The position numbers were made by a program, and so were the translations under genes. DNA of 64,000 nucleotides. Source: an uncultured Algibacter sp. (GTDB lineage Bacteria > Bacteroidota > Bacteroidia > Flavobacteriales > Flavobacteriaceae). The stretch is taken from NCBI GenBank assembly GCA_947502405.1, contig CANMZT010000014.1:7309-71308 (forward strand), written 5' to 3'. Each line of letters begins with the position of its first letter. Positions within the stretch are counted from its first letter, which is position 1. Below, piece after piece: positions 1 to 9,525 of this stretch. Below the pieces are notes generated by a model. That model did no database searches. It saw nothing but the letters and a program-made list of their open reading frames with translations, and was not told where the DNA came from.

Positions 1-114
1 GCACTAAATTCTGGAGCGCTTTTATCAAAGCTAAGGCGCACTAAAATAGGAGATTTTGATGTTAATAATGCCTTGTCAATAGAAAACTTCATAGAGAGCT
101 TATCTTCGGAATAA
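1..114 (+). CDS. truB: tRNA pseudouridine(55) synthase, C-terminal fragment (5' end outside window)
   Basis: Frame +1 reads ALNSGALLSKLRRTKIGDFDVNNALSIENFIESLSSE*, matching the TruB C-terminal GA.L..LRRT.IG motif; not in the ORF track. Confidence 0.85.
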   Translation, partial: ALNSGALLSKLRRTKIGDFDVNNALSIENFIESLSSE

Positions 115-151
115 TTGTTGATGACATACTTGCTTCAAAACCAAAATAAAT

Positions 152-700
152 ATGAAGCAAGCTTACCCACTTATTTTCTTTCTAATTTTCTGCCCTTATT
201 CAATATTTTCACAAACTGAAACTGATAACATTAGCGGTATATTTTACAAAATCTCATTGGCCACCACATTAACCATCAATGAAGAATATCAAGCTTTTGA
301 TGATAGTGACGAAACATTAATCAACCCGAGTGCATTATATATAAACAACACATTTGGTTACCAATTTGATATGCGTACTTCTATTGGTTTTAACCTTGGC
401 TACAATTGGCATTCTCAACAAGGCTTACACTTTGCTCCAGCTTATCTAAGCCTACGCCATAATTTTGTGGTAGATGATAGTAATATTTTTGCTAGAGCTG
501 GGTACGGTACACTTCTAGGTGTTAGTAAAAATTTCCAAAAAGGAAATATGTATAAGCTAGGTTTGGGAATTCAGATGTATGGCGATGACTATAACAAATC
601 TGTACTTTTAGGGGTGGATTTCACTAGAAAACGATTTGGTTACAGAGCTTTAGAAGGCTTATCAAGCATCTCTATTTTCCTGGAATTCATGCTTTTTTAA
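152..700 (+). CDS. Hypothetical exported protein, probable small outer-membrane beta-barrel
   Basis: Signal peptide, alternating hydrophobic/aromatic strands, C-terminal Phe (FLEFMLF). Confidence 0.6.
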   Translation: MKQAYPLIFFLIFCPYSIFSQTETDNISGIFYKISLATTLTINEEYQAFDDSDETLINPSALYINNTFGYQFDMRTSIGFNLGYNWHSQQGLHFAPAYLSLRHNFVVDDSNIFARAGYGTLLGVSKNFQKGNMYKLGLGIQMYGDDYNKSVLLGVDFTRKRFGYRALEGLSSISIFLEFMLF

Positions 701-756
701 ACTTTTTAACGTATTTTGCCGTATATATTAATACGATTTAGCATAAAAAAACCGTA

Positions 757-1467
757 TTGAGCCTCAATAATCAACATAAAGCCCTACTTATTACACTTCT
801 AATTTCTGGAACTGTAGTACTCTCTGTTTTTAACTTAAGCCTTAAAAAACAGAGTGCGTTTATATCTGAAAGTTATTATGAAATTGAACCTGAAAAAGAG
901 CTTACTGAAGAAGAAATAAAGATTCTTGAAGCCTTGGATCAACTCAGCAAAACAAAAGCTGAAACAAATAAAGCTTTTAACGAAACAAACCCAAACAAAC
1001 ATTTTGCTCAAGCCTATAAAACTATTGCTCCACCTGAAGATTATGTCCCTAAATCTACGAATACTTCAGAAAGTCAAATAGCCAGAAAAACCTATGAAAT
1101 CCCAGAGGATTCAAAACTAAATCAAGAAGAACTTGCTAAGTTTAGTAAAGTAAATGATGTTTTAAAAAAACAGCATTCTGAGAGTAATAACTCTAAAAGT
1201 TCTATTAGATTTTCACTTACTAACAGATCTAAAGTTTACATTCCTATACCTGTTTATTTGTGTGAGGTTGATGGTAAGATTGTTGTTAATATTACTGTGA
1301 ATTCTAGCGGAAACGTTATTGATGCTTACGTAAATACGTCGTCTACGTCAAATAATGAATGCTTAATTGAACATGCTATAGATTATGCTAAACAATCTCA
1401 GTTTAGCATTGACACTTCAAAAGAAACTCAAATTGGCTCTATTACTTTCTTTTTTATCGGAAAGTGA
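757..1467 (+). CDS. Energy transducer TonB family protein
   Basis: N-terminal TM anchor, charged linker, TonB-C-like end (GKIVVNITVNSSGNVIDA...A...F...Q.G.ITF.F); TTG start. Confidence 0.75.
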   Translation: MSLNNQHKALLITLLISGTVVLSVFNLSLKKQSAFISESYYEIEPEKELTEEEIKILEALDQLSKTKAETNKAFNETNPNKHFAQAYKTIAPPEDYVPKSTNTSESQIARKTYEIPEDSKLNQEELAKFSKVNDVLKKQHSESNNSKSSIRFSLTNRSKVYIPIPVYLCEVDGKIVVNITVNSSGNVIDAYVNTSSTSNNECLIEHAIDYAKQSQFSIDTSKETQIGSITFFFIGK

Positions 1468-2071
1468 TAGGTTGCAACTGATGCAATATTTCTATGATAT
1501 CATCGATGATGTTTTGCCCTTTATCATCGTTATACCAATGCTGTAAATCTTCTTTAAAATCTGGTGTTAATGTTCCGTATTTTGCCTTGAATCTATTCAC
1601 ATAACTAGTAGCCTTACTAGGTCTTGGTCCGTAAGTAGTTAAAACTTCATTTGTATTTGAATCTAAAATAATTAGCTTAGGTATTGCTTTATTACCATAG
1701 GTTAAAGAGGCATTCATCAATGCATCATTATCGTCTCTCAACACAACCCTAAAGCTTATATTTGAATTTAATTCTGAAATTTTATTCAAAACAGGAAGGG
1801 TATGCGCTGCATCTCCACACCAACTTTCAGTTATTACCAACCAAGTTAATTTTGTATCTAAAGCTTCAATTGCTTTTCTTGCCGCATTTGATATCTTAAG
1901 GGTTTTATCCCAACGGCTCATGCGCTTATTATTAAGTTTTGTGTAATTAACAAAAGCTTTAGCTTGGTTATGTCCAGTTGTAGAACTATTTTTTACAAGC
2001 TCATCAACCAAAGCTCTGTATGCCTTGTAAGACATACTATTCTGTAAACCGGTTTGAATTATAGTTTTCAT
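1454..2071 (-). CDS. Thioredoxin-like protein (Thioredoxin_9 type, WCGD motif), paralogue 1
   Basis: ITESWCGDAAH motif, AIPKLI and GPRP motifs. Confidence 0.85.
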   Translation of the reverse strand: MKTIIQTGLQNSMSYKAYRALVDELVKNSSTTGHNQAKAFVNYTKLNNKRMSRWDKTLKISNAARKAIEALDTKLTWLVITESWCGDAAHTLPVLNKISELNSNISFRVVLRDDNDALMNASLTYGNKAIPKLIILDSNTNEVLTTYGPRPSKATSYVNRFKAKYGTLTPDFKEDLQHWYNDDKGQNIIDDIIEILHQLQPITFR

Positions 2072-2093
2072 GACAATATTTTTATACCACGCA

Positions 2094-2101
2094 CAAAGTT
2101 A
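2094..2101 (-). promoter_or_regulatory. Bacteroidota -7 promoter box (TAACTTTG)
   Basis: TAnnTTTG consensus about 23 nt upstream of the 2071 start. Confidence 0.55.
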
Positions 2102-2166
2102 GAGGCTTATACCTTGACTTATGCTGATATTTGTCATGTTTGCCTTATTTAAAGACTAAAAAAAGT

Positions 2167-2787
2167 TTAAACACAAATTGCTGGTTGGAAATCGCAGAGC
2201 ATCTTTACAGCGTCTTCGATAATATTTTGACCTTTATTTTTATTGTACCACAATTGTAAATCCTCTTTAAACTCAGGTGTTAATTTACCATGTTCAGCCT
2301 TGTAATTATTAACTAGCGTAGTTGCTTCGGATGGTCTTGGTCCAAAAGTATTCAAAACTTCACCAGTCTCATTATCAATCATAATTAGTTTTGCAATAGC
2401 TCTTCCGCCATTAGTTAAAAACATATCCATTAACTCTAAATTCTCATCTCTAAGCACAATTTTTAAGTCAATATTATCATTTAACTCTGCCAATTTATTT
2501 AATACAGGCATTACATGAGCTGCATCACCACACCAGCTTTCAGTTATAACTAACCAGGTTATTGGACGTTTAAATTCTGCTACTTTTTTCTGATTTTCTT
2601 CAGAGATTTTTAAAGTTTTATCCCAACGCTTCATTCTACGAGCGTTTAATTTTGTGTAATTTATTAAGGCTTCTGTTTGCTCTAAACCAGTAGTACCATC
2701 AGTATCTGCCAATTGGTTAACTAAACTTCTATAGGCATCATAATTAATGCTTTTAACTAAACTCTCTTTTATTGTTGGATCTAACAT
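2167..2787 (-). CDS. Thioredoxin-like protein (WCGD motif), paralogue 2
   Basis: ITESWCGDAAH motif; long blocks identical to 1454..2071. Confidence 0.85.
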   Translation of the reverse strand: MLDPTIKESLVKSINYDAYRSLVNQLADTDGTTGLEQTEALINYTKLNARRMKRWDKTLKISEENQKKVAEFKRPITWLVITESWCGDAAHVMPVLNKLAELNDNIDLKIVLRDENLELMDMFLTNGGRAIAKLIMIDNETGEVLNTFGPRPSEATTLVNNYKAEHGKLTPEFKEDLQLWYNKNKGQNIIEDAVKMLCDFQPAICV

Positions 2788-2973
2788 ATTATATCTATTA
2801 TCTGTTATTTGTCTCGCTTAATTATTAATCCTTACTATTCTATACAAAATAACAAACATTAGTACTTTTAGAAGGTAACTTTTGTTGCATTAGAATTAAT
2901 CTTTTAAGCGACTCCTCATGATTAAAGTTGTTAAAAAATACTAACTTTAAATCTTATTAAAACAAATTAATTT

Positions 2974-3540
2974 ATGTCTAAAAAGCACAGATGCGGGTGG
3001 TGTGAAGGCGATGATTTATATCAAGCTTATCATGATAATGAATGGGGCGTTCCTGTATATGATGATGATACCCTTTTTGAATTTTTAATATTAGAAACGT
3101 TCCAAGCTGGATTGAGTTGGATTACTGTTTTACGCAAACGCGAAAACTTTAGAAAAGCTTTTGATAATTTCAACTATAAAAAAATAGCCCTTTATAAGCA
3201 AAATAAGATTAACGATTTACTTAAAGACACTGGAATTATAAGAAACAAACTAAAAGTAAATGCTACAGTAACTAATGCGCAGGCCTTTATAAAAATACAA
3301 GAGGAATTTGGTAGTTTCAGTAGGTATATTTGGGGTTTTATTGATGGAAAACCTATTAAAAATACGCTTAAAGATTATCGAAATGCCCCAGCCAACACAA
3401 CTCTAAGTGATACTATTAGTAAAGATTTAAAAAAACGTGGTTTTAAATTTGTAGGCTCAACGGTTGTATATGCTCACATGCAAGCTACAGGTATGGTAAA
3501 CGATCATGAGGTGAATTGTTTTAGGTATGAAGAGGTATAA
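2974..3540 (+). CDS. tag: DNA-3-methyladenine glycosylase I
   Basis: RCGW...YHDNEWGVP, LETFQAGLSWITVL, IIRNKLK, GFKFVG, MVNDH...C. Confidence 0.97.
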   Translation: MSKKHRCGWCEGDDLYQAYHDNEWGVPVYDDDTLFEFLILETFQAGLSWITVLRKRENFRKAFDNFNYKKIALYKQNKINDLLKDTGIIRNKLKVNATVTNAQAFIKIQEEFGSFSRYIWGFIDGKPIKNTLKDYRNAPANTTLSDTISKDLKKRGFKFVGSTVVYAHMQATGMVNDHEVNCFRYEEV

Positions 3541-3664
3541 CCTTTATAATTTAAAATGAAATAAAAAATTACATCTATACTTAAGAATTTTTCAGAAATC
3601 AATCTTTACTATTTTAACACCCCATTTTCAATCAAGTAAATTATTTGAACAATAGTATAAACTA

Positions 3665-4765
3665 TTATACTGTTTTAGGTTTTATACTCAATACTTCTAT
3701 ATGGATTGATTTACCTTTTAAATTTTTCACTCCTAATGGTTTAATATCAAAATCTGATTTTAGGTTTAATAGATTAGCTAACGTATCGCTAATTAATAAA
3801 TCTTCATTAAGCTCTGAGCATAAAGCCTGAATTCTTGAGGCTGTATTAAGAACATCTCCAGTAAAAAATATTTCTTTTTTTAAAGCACCTATCTCACCTG
3901 TTGTAACTTCCCCAAAATGGAGTGCTGCTTTAAAATCTGGAAAAAAACTATACTCTTTGATGTAGTAATCTTTCTTTTTAAGTAAATCAGACTTCATATT
4001 AAAAAAACATCTAACACAATTATTTTCTTTTACACCGTTTCTTAGTGTCCATGAGACTACAATTTCATCTCCAATGTATTGATATACTTCTCCATAATGT
4101 TTTAATATTGCTTCTGATAAATCAAAATAGTATGAGCGTAAAAATTCAAAATATTTAATGTGCCCCAAAACTCCTGCAATTGATGTTGAAGATTTCATGT
4201 CAGCAAACATAAAAATACGTGTTTCAGTAACTGGTTTATGATACTTTCCAGTAAAAAAATTTAATAAAACATTTTGCCCCAAATTATCGCTTATCTCAGC
4301 ATACAATAAGGAAATAAAAAGTGAAAAACTGAGCTGAATTATTGCACTTAAATGTGTAATACTTAAAAAAAATGTGAAATATTTATCCCAAACTTTCCTG
4401 TCTAAAATAGAAGTATCAAGCTCAATACTTGCAGCAATTGGGTAATTTATAAGTATAACTAAAAAAAAGAATGCGAGGTAGATTATAAATTTAGAACTTA
4501 TTTTAACAAGAAAACTTTTCTTTGCAAAAAATCTACTTAAAACTTTTAGCTCAATAAAGCCAACTAATAAACCAATGATTGTAATCCCTGTAAGAGCAAA
4601 AAAAAGAATATTGGGTTCTAATTTTATTGCAGATTCTGGTGTATTGGTTAGGTCGCCAATTGCCGCATATTCAATCCATAAAAACAAACACCCAAACACG
4701 AACCAAATAATCCCAAATGGGATTACTCTAACCATATTTCGCTTTGTAATTACAGAAAGTTTCAA
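3665..4765 (-). CDS. Membrane-bound class III adenylate/guanylate cyclase-domain protein
   Basis: About four N-terminal TM helices; FADMKSST, YIGDE, GDVLNTASRIQ cyclase motifs. Confidence 0.85.
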   Translation of the reverse strand: MKLSVITKRNMVRVIPFGIIWFVFGCLFLWIEYAAIGDLTNTPESAIKLEPNILFFALTGITIIGLLVGFIELKVLSRFFAKKSFLVKISSKFIIYLAFFFLVILINYPIAASIELDTSILDRKVWDKYFTFFLSITHLSAIIQLSFSLFISLLYAEISDNLGQNVLLNFFTGKYHKPVTETRIFMFADMKSSTSIAGVLGHIKYFEFLRSYYFDLSEAILKHYGEVYQYIGDEIVVSWTLRNGVKENNCVRCFFNMKSDLLKKKDYYIKEYSFFPDFKAALHFGEVTTGEIGALKKEIFFTGDVLNTASRIQALCSELNEDLLISDTLANLLNLKSDFDIKPLGVKNLKGKSIHIEVLSIKPKTV

Positions 4766-4838
4766 TATAAATTATAGTCTATACTATAAATGCAATTTAA
4801 ACATTTTTTAAGTTGTCAAGATACTATAAAATTATACT

Positions 4839-5462
4839 TTATAAGTATTTTAAAAATTCATCTCTAGTAATCTCTTCAGCTCCTAAACTACATAAATGAT
4901 TAGTATATACCTGACAATCAACCAGTTTATATCTTGAATTTTGAATAAACGTAACAAACCCAACCTTACTAGCATTGCTTTCTTTTGTAAACATGCTTTC
5001 GCCACAAAATACATCATTACCTAAATCTATACCATATAATCCACCAACCAGAATTTCTTTATGCCATACTTCTACAGATTTTGCATAACCTAAATTATGT
5101 AATTCTGTATAGGCTTCAATCATATAATTGGTTATCCAAGTACCACTTTGCCCGTTGCGTTTTGCTTTAGCACATTCAGTAATCACTTTAGCAAAATCTT
5201 TATTAACTGTTACTGTATAATTTTTATTTCGTAATACTTGACGCATACTTTTTGAAACCTTTAATTTCTCTGGGAACAATACAAAACGTGGGTCTGGAGA
5301 CCACCATAAAAGAGGCTCATCAGTTTCAAACCAAGGAAAAATTCCCGTTTTATAAGCTAGCACTAAACGCTCAATAGATAAATCCCCTCCAATAGCCAAC
5401 AGACCTTCTGGAGTAGCTCTACTAACATCAGGAAACCAAATATCTTCGTTTAGGTATTGCAT
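4839..5462 (-). CDS. aat: Leucyl/phenylalanyl-tRNA--protein transferase
   Basis: GLLAIGGDL...AYKTGIFPW, WWSPDPR, GGLYG, GESMF, DCQ. Confidence 0.97.
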   Translation of the reverse strand: MQYLNEDIWFPDVSRATPEGLLAIGGDLSIERLVLAYKTGIFPWFETDEPLLWWSPDPRFVLFPEKLKVSKSMRQVLRNKNYTVTVNKDFAKVITECAKAKRNGQSGTWITNYMIEAYTELHNLGYAKSVEVWHKEILVGGLYGIDLGNDVFCGESMFTKESNASKVGFVTFIQNSRYKLVDCQVYTNHLCSLGAEEITRDEFLKYL

Positions 5463-5480
5463 ACATTATAAATATAAAAA

Positions 5481-5508
5481 ACCTCAATGTTTTAAAAAAC
5501 ATTGAGGT
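5481..5508 (-). terminator. Intrinsic terminator after the DUF3127 gene
   Basis: 12-bp stem ACCTCAATGTTT/AAACATTGAGGT with T-run on the minus strand. Confidence 0.75.
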
Positions 5509-5517
5509 AAATTTTAT

Positions 5518-5544
5518 GAGATTCCCGCCTTTCCGGAAATGACA
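5518..5544 (-). repeat. TGTC-tagged REP-like palindrome, degenerate copy
   Basis: Minus strand TGTCATTTCCGGAAAGGCGGGAATCTC, similar to 12153..12179 and 40003..40026. Confidence 0.7.
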
Positions 5545-5555
5545 AATCGTTTTAA

Positions 5556-5933
5556 TTAAAACGGTAAATCGTCATGATTTTCTTCTTTTAAATCACCTGC
5601 AGGTTCAAAAGCGTCAGCCGGTGGTACAGGAGGTACGTTTCCTGCAGCTGGCTCAGACTGTAATGCTTCAATTCTCCAACCTTGAATAGAGTTAAAGTAT
5701 TTAGTTTCACCTTGAGGATTAACCCATTCTCTACCGCGTAAGTTGATGTTGATTTTAACTTGTTGTCCTTCTTGATAATTGTTTAACAAGTCTGTTTTAT
5801 CTTGTACAAACTCCACCATAATATGTTGTGGATACTGCTCTTCTGTTGTTACTACAATTTCTCTTTTTCTAAACCCATTACTTCCAAAAGTTTGAGTTTC
5901 ACCAATCATTTTAATTCTTCCTTGAACTTCCAT
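5556..5933 (-). CDS. DUF3127 family protein (SSB/OB-fold-like)
   Basis: GFRKREIVV...YPQ.I.VEF.QDK, NLRGREW, YFNSIQGWRIE; tail DDLPF. Confidence 0.85.
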   Translation of the reverse strand: MEVQGRIKMIGETQTFGSNGFRKREIVVTTEEQYPQHIMVEFVQDKTDLLNNYQEGQQVKININLRGREWVNPQGETKYFNSIQGWRIEALQSEPAAGNVPPVPPADAFEPAGDLKEENHDDLPF

Positions 5934-5974
5934 TTTTATATATAATTATTAAATATTCGTCTAATTTATAATTG

Positions 5975-6844
5975 TTACGATAACAATATTTTCCAAGCAC
6001 TTTCTACATCTCCAAAGCTTAGATAATTTCGTGCTAATTTATGTTTCTCTCGATGCGTAGCTGTTTTAATATTGGGGTAACGCGTACCAACTTCTTCTAC
6101 AAAATCGTTTACACTTCCCTGTGTCGGAAGTGCTTCAATATTTCCTAACATCCCTAAATTATTCCCTGTTAAAATCATACTATTTTTAACATGGTCTGGA
6201 AAAGCATCAACTCCAATTCCTAGTGTAGAAATTGGTTTAGGTATTTCAAAAAAACCATCTTTTGCACGACTATAATAACTTCCACCAGCTCTAGCAACCA
6301 AATCTAACTTTTTCTGGTTAATAGATTCATCTTCATCAAGAACTTCTTCATCAATATGCAATTTAACCACTTCACATATAATTAAATTTCCAGCACCACC
6401 CTCAGTTCCTAACTTTATAATTTCATTTACCTTACATTCAAACTGTACTGGAGCCTCTCCAACCCTAAAAGGCTTCACAACATCAGATTTAACCATTGTT
6501 AAACCAGCCTTTTCAAATTCATTAATCCCTTCAGGATATTCGGTACTACTCAAAGACATTTGATGAACCATATCATAAGTCACAACATTAATAACAACTT
6601 CTTTGGTTGCTTCAGCATTTTCCAAAGTGTTTTTTGTTGTATTATTTCTCACACGTCGTGCTGGAGAAAAAATCATGATTGGCGGATTAGCACTAAACAC
6701 ATTAAAAAAACTAAATGGTGATAAATTCGGTTTTCCATCGGCATCAACAGTGCTTGCAAAAGCTATTGGTCTTGGTGCTACAGCACTCAACAAATAACTA
6801 TGTAATATACTGGTTGATAAGCTTTTTGGATCTATTGAACGCAT
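5975..6844 (-). CDS. Flavin reductase family protein (DIM6/NTAB)
   Basis: VAPRPIAFAST...NLSPFSFFN, PVQFECKV, RAGG..Y. Confidence 0.9.
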   Translation of the reverse strand: MRSIDPKSLSTSILHSYLLSAVAPRPIAFASTVDADGKPNLSPFSFFNVFSANPPIMIFSPARRVRNNTTKNTLENAEATKEVVINVVTYDMVHQMSLSSTEYPEGINEFEKAGLTMVKSDVVKPFRVGEAPVQFECKVNEIIKLGTEGGAGNLIICEVVKLHIDEEVLDEDESINQKKLDLVARAGGSYYSRAKDGFFEIPKPISTLGIGVDAFPDHVKNSMILTGNNLGMLGNIEALPTQGSVNDFVEEVGTRYPNIKTATHREKHKLARNYLSFGDVESAWKILLS

Positions 6845-6864
6845 CTACCCTTTATAAGTTTCAA

Positions 6865-6872
6865 CAAATGTA
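6865..6872 (-). promoter_or_regulatory. -7 promoter box (TACATTTG)
   Basis: Consensus match upstream of the flavin reductase. Confidence 0.55.
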
Positions 6873-6967
6873 ACCAATCTGATGTTCAACTAAAAAATGA
6901 TTTACTAACAACTTGAACAATAATATTAACAGATTTGCATTATATTACAAATCAAATCTTATTGTTA

Positions 6968-8119
6968 ATGATTTTCACAAAACATAGCAATGTATTTCGT
7001 TGGATTATTATAGTAGCGTCTTTTGCTATTGTCTCTCTCATTTTATGGAAAACCTATGAGTTTTTTCAACATTTTAAAGATGAAGAACGAAATAAAATGG
7101 AAAATTGGTCTTTTGCGCAAACAGAGTTTGTTAATTCAGATACAAATACCAACTTAAATCTTACTCTAAAAATTTTAAATAGTAATACCACAACTCCTAT
7201 GATTGTGATTGATAAGGATGGCAACCTTAGTAGTTCTAACAATATAGACACAACTAAAATAGGAAACCCAAAATACTTAAAAAGCCTTATTGATAAATTT
7301 AAGAGTGAAAATTCTCCAATTGATATAAAATACCAAGGAAAAACTTATTCAACCATATACTATGGCAATTCACCACTACTAAACAAATTAAAATATTATC
7401 CTTTAGCTTTAATACTCATAGTCGTACTTTTTGGCGCTGTAATTTTCTTCTTTTACAGTAGCAATAAAAACGCTACTCAAAATAAATTATGGTCTGGTAT
7501 GGCTAAAGAAACTGCGCATCAAATTGGAACACCTTTATCTTCATTAATTGGTTGGACAGAACTTTTAAAAACTGAAAATGTAAACCCTGATTATATTTCT
7601 GAAATGGAAAAGGACGTTAACCGTTTAAGCACTATTGCTGAACGATTTAGTAAAATAGGCTCTTTACCAACTCTTGAAAAAACAGATATTATAAAAGAGA
7701 CTATTGAATCTTATGATTATCTAAAGTCAAGGTCGTCAAAACTTATTGATTTTGATCTAAAAACCCCTAAAGGCGAAATCTCCGTAAATCTTAATAAACA
7801 ACTCTACAGTTGGACTATTGAGAATTTAGTAAAAAATGCAATTGATGCTATGAAAGGAAGAGGTAAACTTACCGTTGAAATATCTCAGCTTGAAAATGAT
7901 GTTAAAGTATCTATTACTGATACTGGAAAAGGCATTTCAAAAAAAAATTATAATAAAATTTTCGAACCTGGTTTTACAACAAAAAAGCGTGGTTGGGGCT
8001 TAGGTTTGTCATTAACCAAGCGTATTATAGAAGATTTCCATAATGGAAAGATAAAAGTATTGCAATCTGAAAAAGGAAAAGGAAGCACCATACAAGTAAG
8101 TTTAAAACGTGCAAATTAA
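6968..8119 (+). CDS. Orphan sensor histidine kinase (ATG 6968 preferred to the track's TTG 6935)
   Basis: Two TM helices; H-box ETAHQIGTPLS, N-box NLVKNAIDA, DTGKG, F-box, GWGLGL. Confidence 0.92.
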   Translation: MIFTKHSNVFRWIIIVASFAIVSLILWKTYEFFQHFKDEERNKMENWSFAQTEFVNSDTNTNLNLTLKILNSNTTTPMIVIDKDGNLSSSNNIDTTKIGNPKYLKSLIDKFKSENSPIDIKYQGKTYSTIYYGNSPLLNKLKYYPLALILIVVLFGAVIFFFYSSNKNATQNKLWSGMAKETAHQIGTPLSSLIGWTELLKTENVNPDYISEMEKDVNRLSTIAERFSKIGSLPTLEKTDIIKETIESYDYLKSRSSKLIDFDLKTPKGEISVNLNKQLYSWTIENLVKNAIDAMKGRGKLTVEISQLENDVKVSITDTGKGISKKNYNKIFEPGFTTKKRGWGLGLSLTKRIIEDFHNGKIKVLQSEKGKGSTIQVSLKRAN

Positions 8120-8131
8120 ACTCTTAAACTT

Positions 8132-8482
8132 ATGTCTGAAAAACTAATTGATATTAAAGAAGTAGCGTTAAAAAACAACTGCCCTGAATGCTATGATAAT
8201 AGGGAGTTGCGCTTAACTTTTAAACAAAAAATAAAAGACACTAAGTTTTATAAGTCTATTACTTCAGAAATTAATCATGAAATCACTTGCCTAAAATGTA
8301 ATTCTGTAATTTATCCAGTGCAATGGACAGATGATATTGATCGTGTTTTTGAATATCAAAAGAAGGCATTCACTCCAAAAAAAGCATCTACATATCTCAA
8401 AAAAGCATCATGGATTACTATTATATCAGCTTTTGTTTTGCTAACCTTGATACTAACTTTAATTTACTTGGTAGAATTATAG
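8132..8482 (+). CDS. Hypothetical protein with two CxxC pairs and a C-terminal TM helix
   Basis: CPEC...CLKC and a hydrophobic C-terminus. Confidence 0.65.
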   Translation: MSEKLIDIKEVALKNNCPECYDNRELRLTFKQKIKDTKFYKSITSEINHEITCLKCNSVIYPVQWTDDIDRVFEYQKKAFTPKKASTYLKKASWITIISAFVLLTLILTLIYLVEL

Positions 8483-8866
8483 TTGCGCCTTAATACCTTC
8501 TGCTAATTCTTGAAATTCTTCAGTAGTTAATTTGGTTTTTTTTATAAAACGCGCATCGTCCATTGAGTGCAAAGGAATTAAATGTACATGCGCATGAGGC
8601 ACCTCTAAACCAATAACACTTATCCCAATACGCTCACATGGTACCGCTTTTTTTAAAGCTACTGCAACAGTTCTAGAAAACTGCATTAATCCATTATAAG
8701 TGGCTTCATCCAAATCAAAAATCTTATCAACCTCCTTTTTTGGAATACAAAGTGTATGCCCTTTGGTATTGGGGTTAACATCAAGAAAAGCTAAAAACGC
8801 TTCATTCTCAGCTATTTTGTAGCATGGTAATTCTCCGTTAACTATTTTGGTGAAAATGGAAGCCAT
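8477..8866 (-). CDS. HIT family nucleotide hydrolase
   Basis: HAHVHLIP histidine triad, GHTL.IPK. Confidence 0.95.
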   Translation of the reverse strand: MASIFTKIVNGELPCYKIAENEAFLAFLDVNPNTKGHTLCIPKKEVDKIFDLDEATYNGLMQFSRTVAVALKKAVPCERIGISVIGLEVPHAHVHLIPLHSMDDARFIKKTKLTTEEFQELAEGIKAQL

Positions 8867-8868
8867 AT

Positions 8869-9342
8869 CTATCTTGAAATTTCTATAACATCAAATTTCA
8901 TCACGCCATTTGGCACTTGTATTTCAGCAACTTCTCCAACAGACTTTCCTAATAAGCCTTTTCCAATTGGTGAGTTAACCGAAATTTTTCCTGATGCTAA
9001 ATCTGCTTCACCATCAGCAACCAATGTATAGGTCATTTCCATACCATTGGTTTGATTTTTTATTTTCACTTTAGACAGCACTAAAGCTTTGGATGTATCC
9101 AATTGAGATTCGTCTATAATTCGAGCCCCAGCTAAGGCTTTCTCTAATTTAGAAATGCGCATCTCAAGCATGCCTTGTGCTTCCTTAGCTGCGTCATATT
9201 CAGCATTTTCACTTAAATCACCTTTATCTCTAGCTTCTGCTATTGCTTTTGAAGCTTTTACACGCTCTACGTCTTTAAGCTGTTGTAATTCGTCTCTTAA
9301 CTTTTTTAATCCTTCAGGTGTATAGTATGACACTTTACTCAT
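8869..9342 (-). CDS. greA: Transcription elongation factor GreA
   Basis: GDLSENAEYDAAKE, ISVNSPIGKGLLGK. Confidence 0.98.
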   Translation of the reverse strand: MSKVSYYTPEGLKKLRDELQQLKDVERVKASKAIAEARDKGDLSENAEYDAAKEAQGMLEMRISKLEKALAGARIIDESQLDTSKALVLSKVKIKNQTNGMEMTYTLVADGEADLASGKISVNSPIGKGLLGKSVGEVAEIQVPNGVMKFDVIEISR

Positions 9343-9443
9343 AACTTCATCATTTAGTTAATTAAAAGATGCTGATAACTTCAAAACAAACTTCTTAAAG
9401 TATTCAGCAAATAAAAAAATCCCGTTTGCACGAGATTGTACAA

Positions 9444-9451
9444 CAAAAATA
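9444..9451 (-). promoter_or_regulatory. -7 promoter box (TATTTTTG) for greA
   Basis: Consensus match about 100 nt upstream of greA. Confidence 0.45.
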
Positions 9452-9525
9452 CAAAATTTTAGTTACATATATAGTCAAATTTTTAAGCTGATTTACTTTT
9501 TATCGTAAATTGCGTTTCAATTTTT

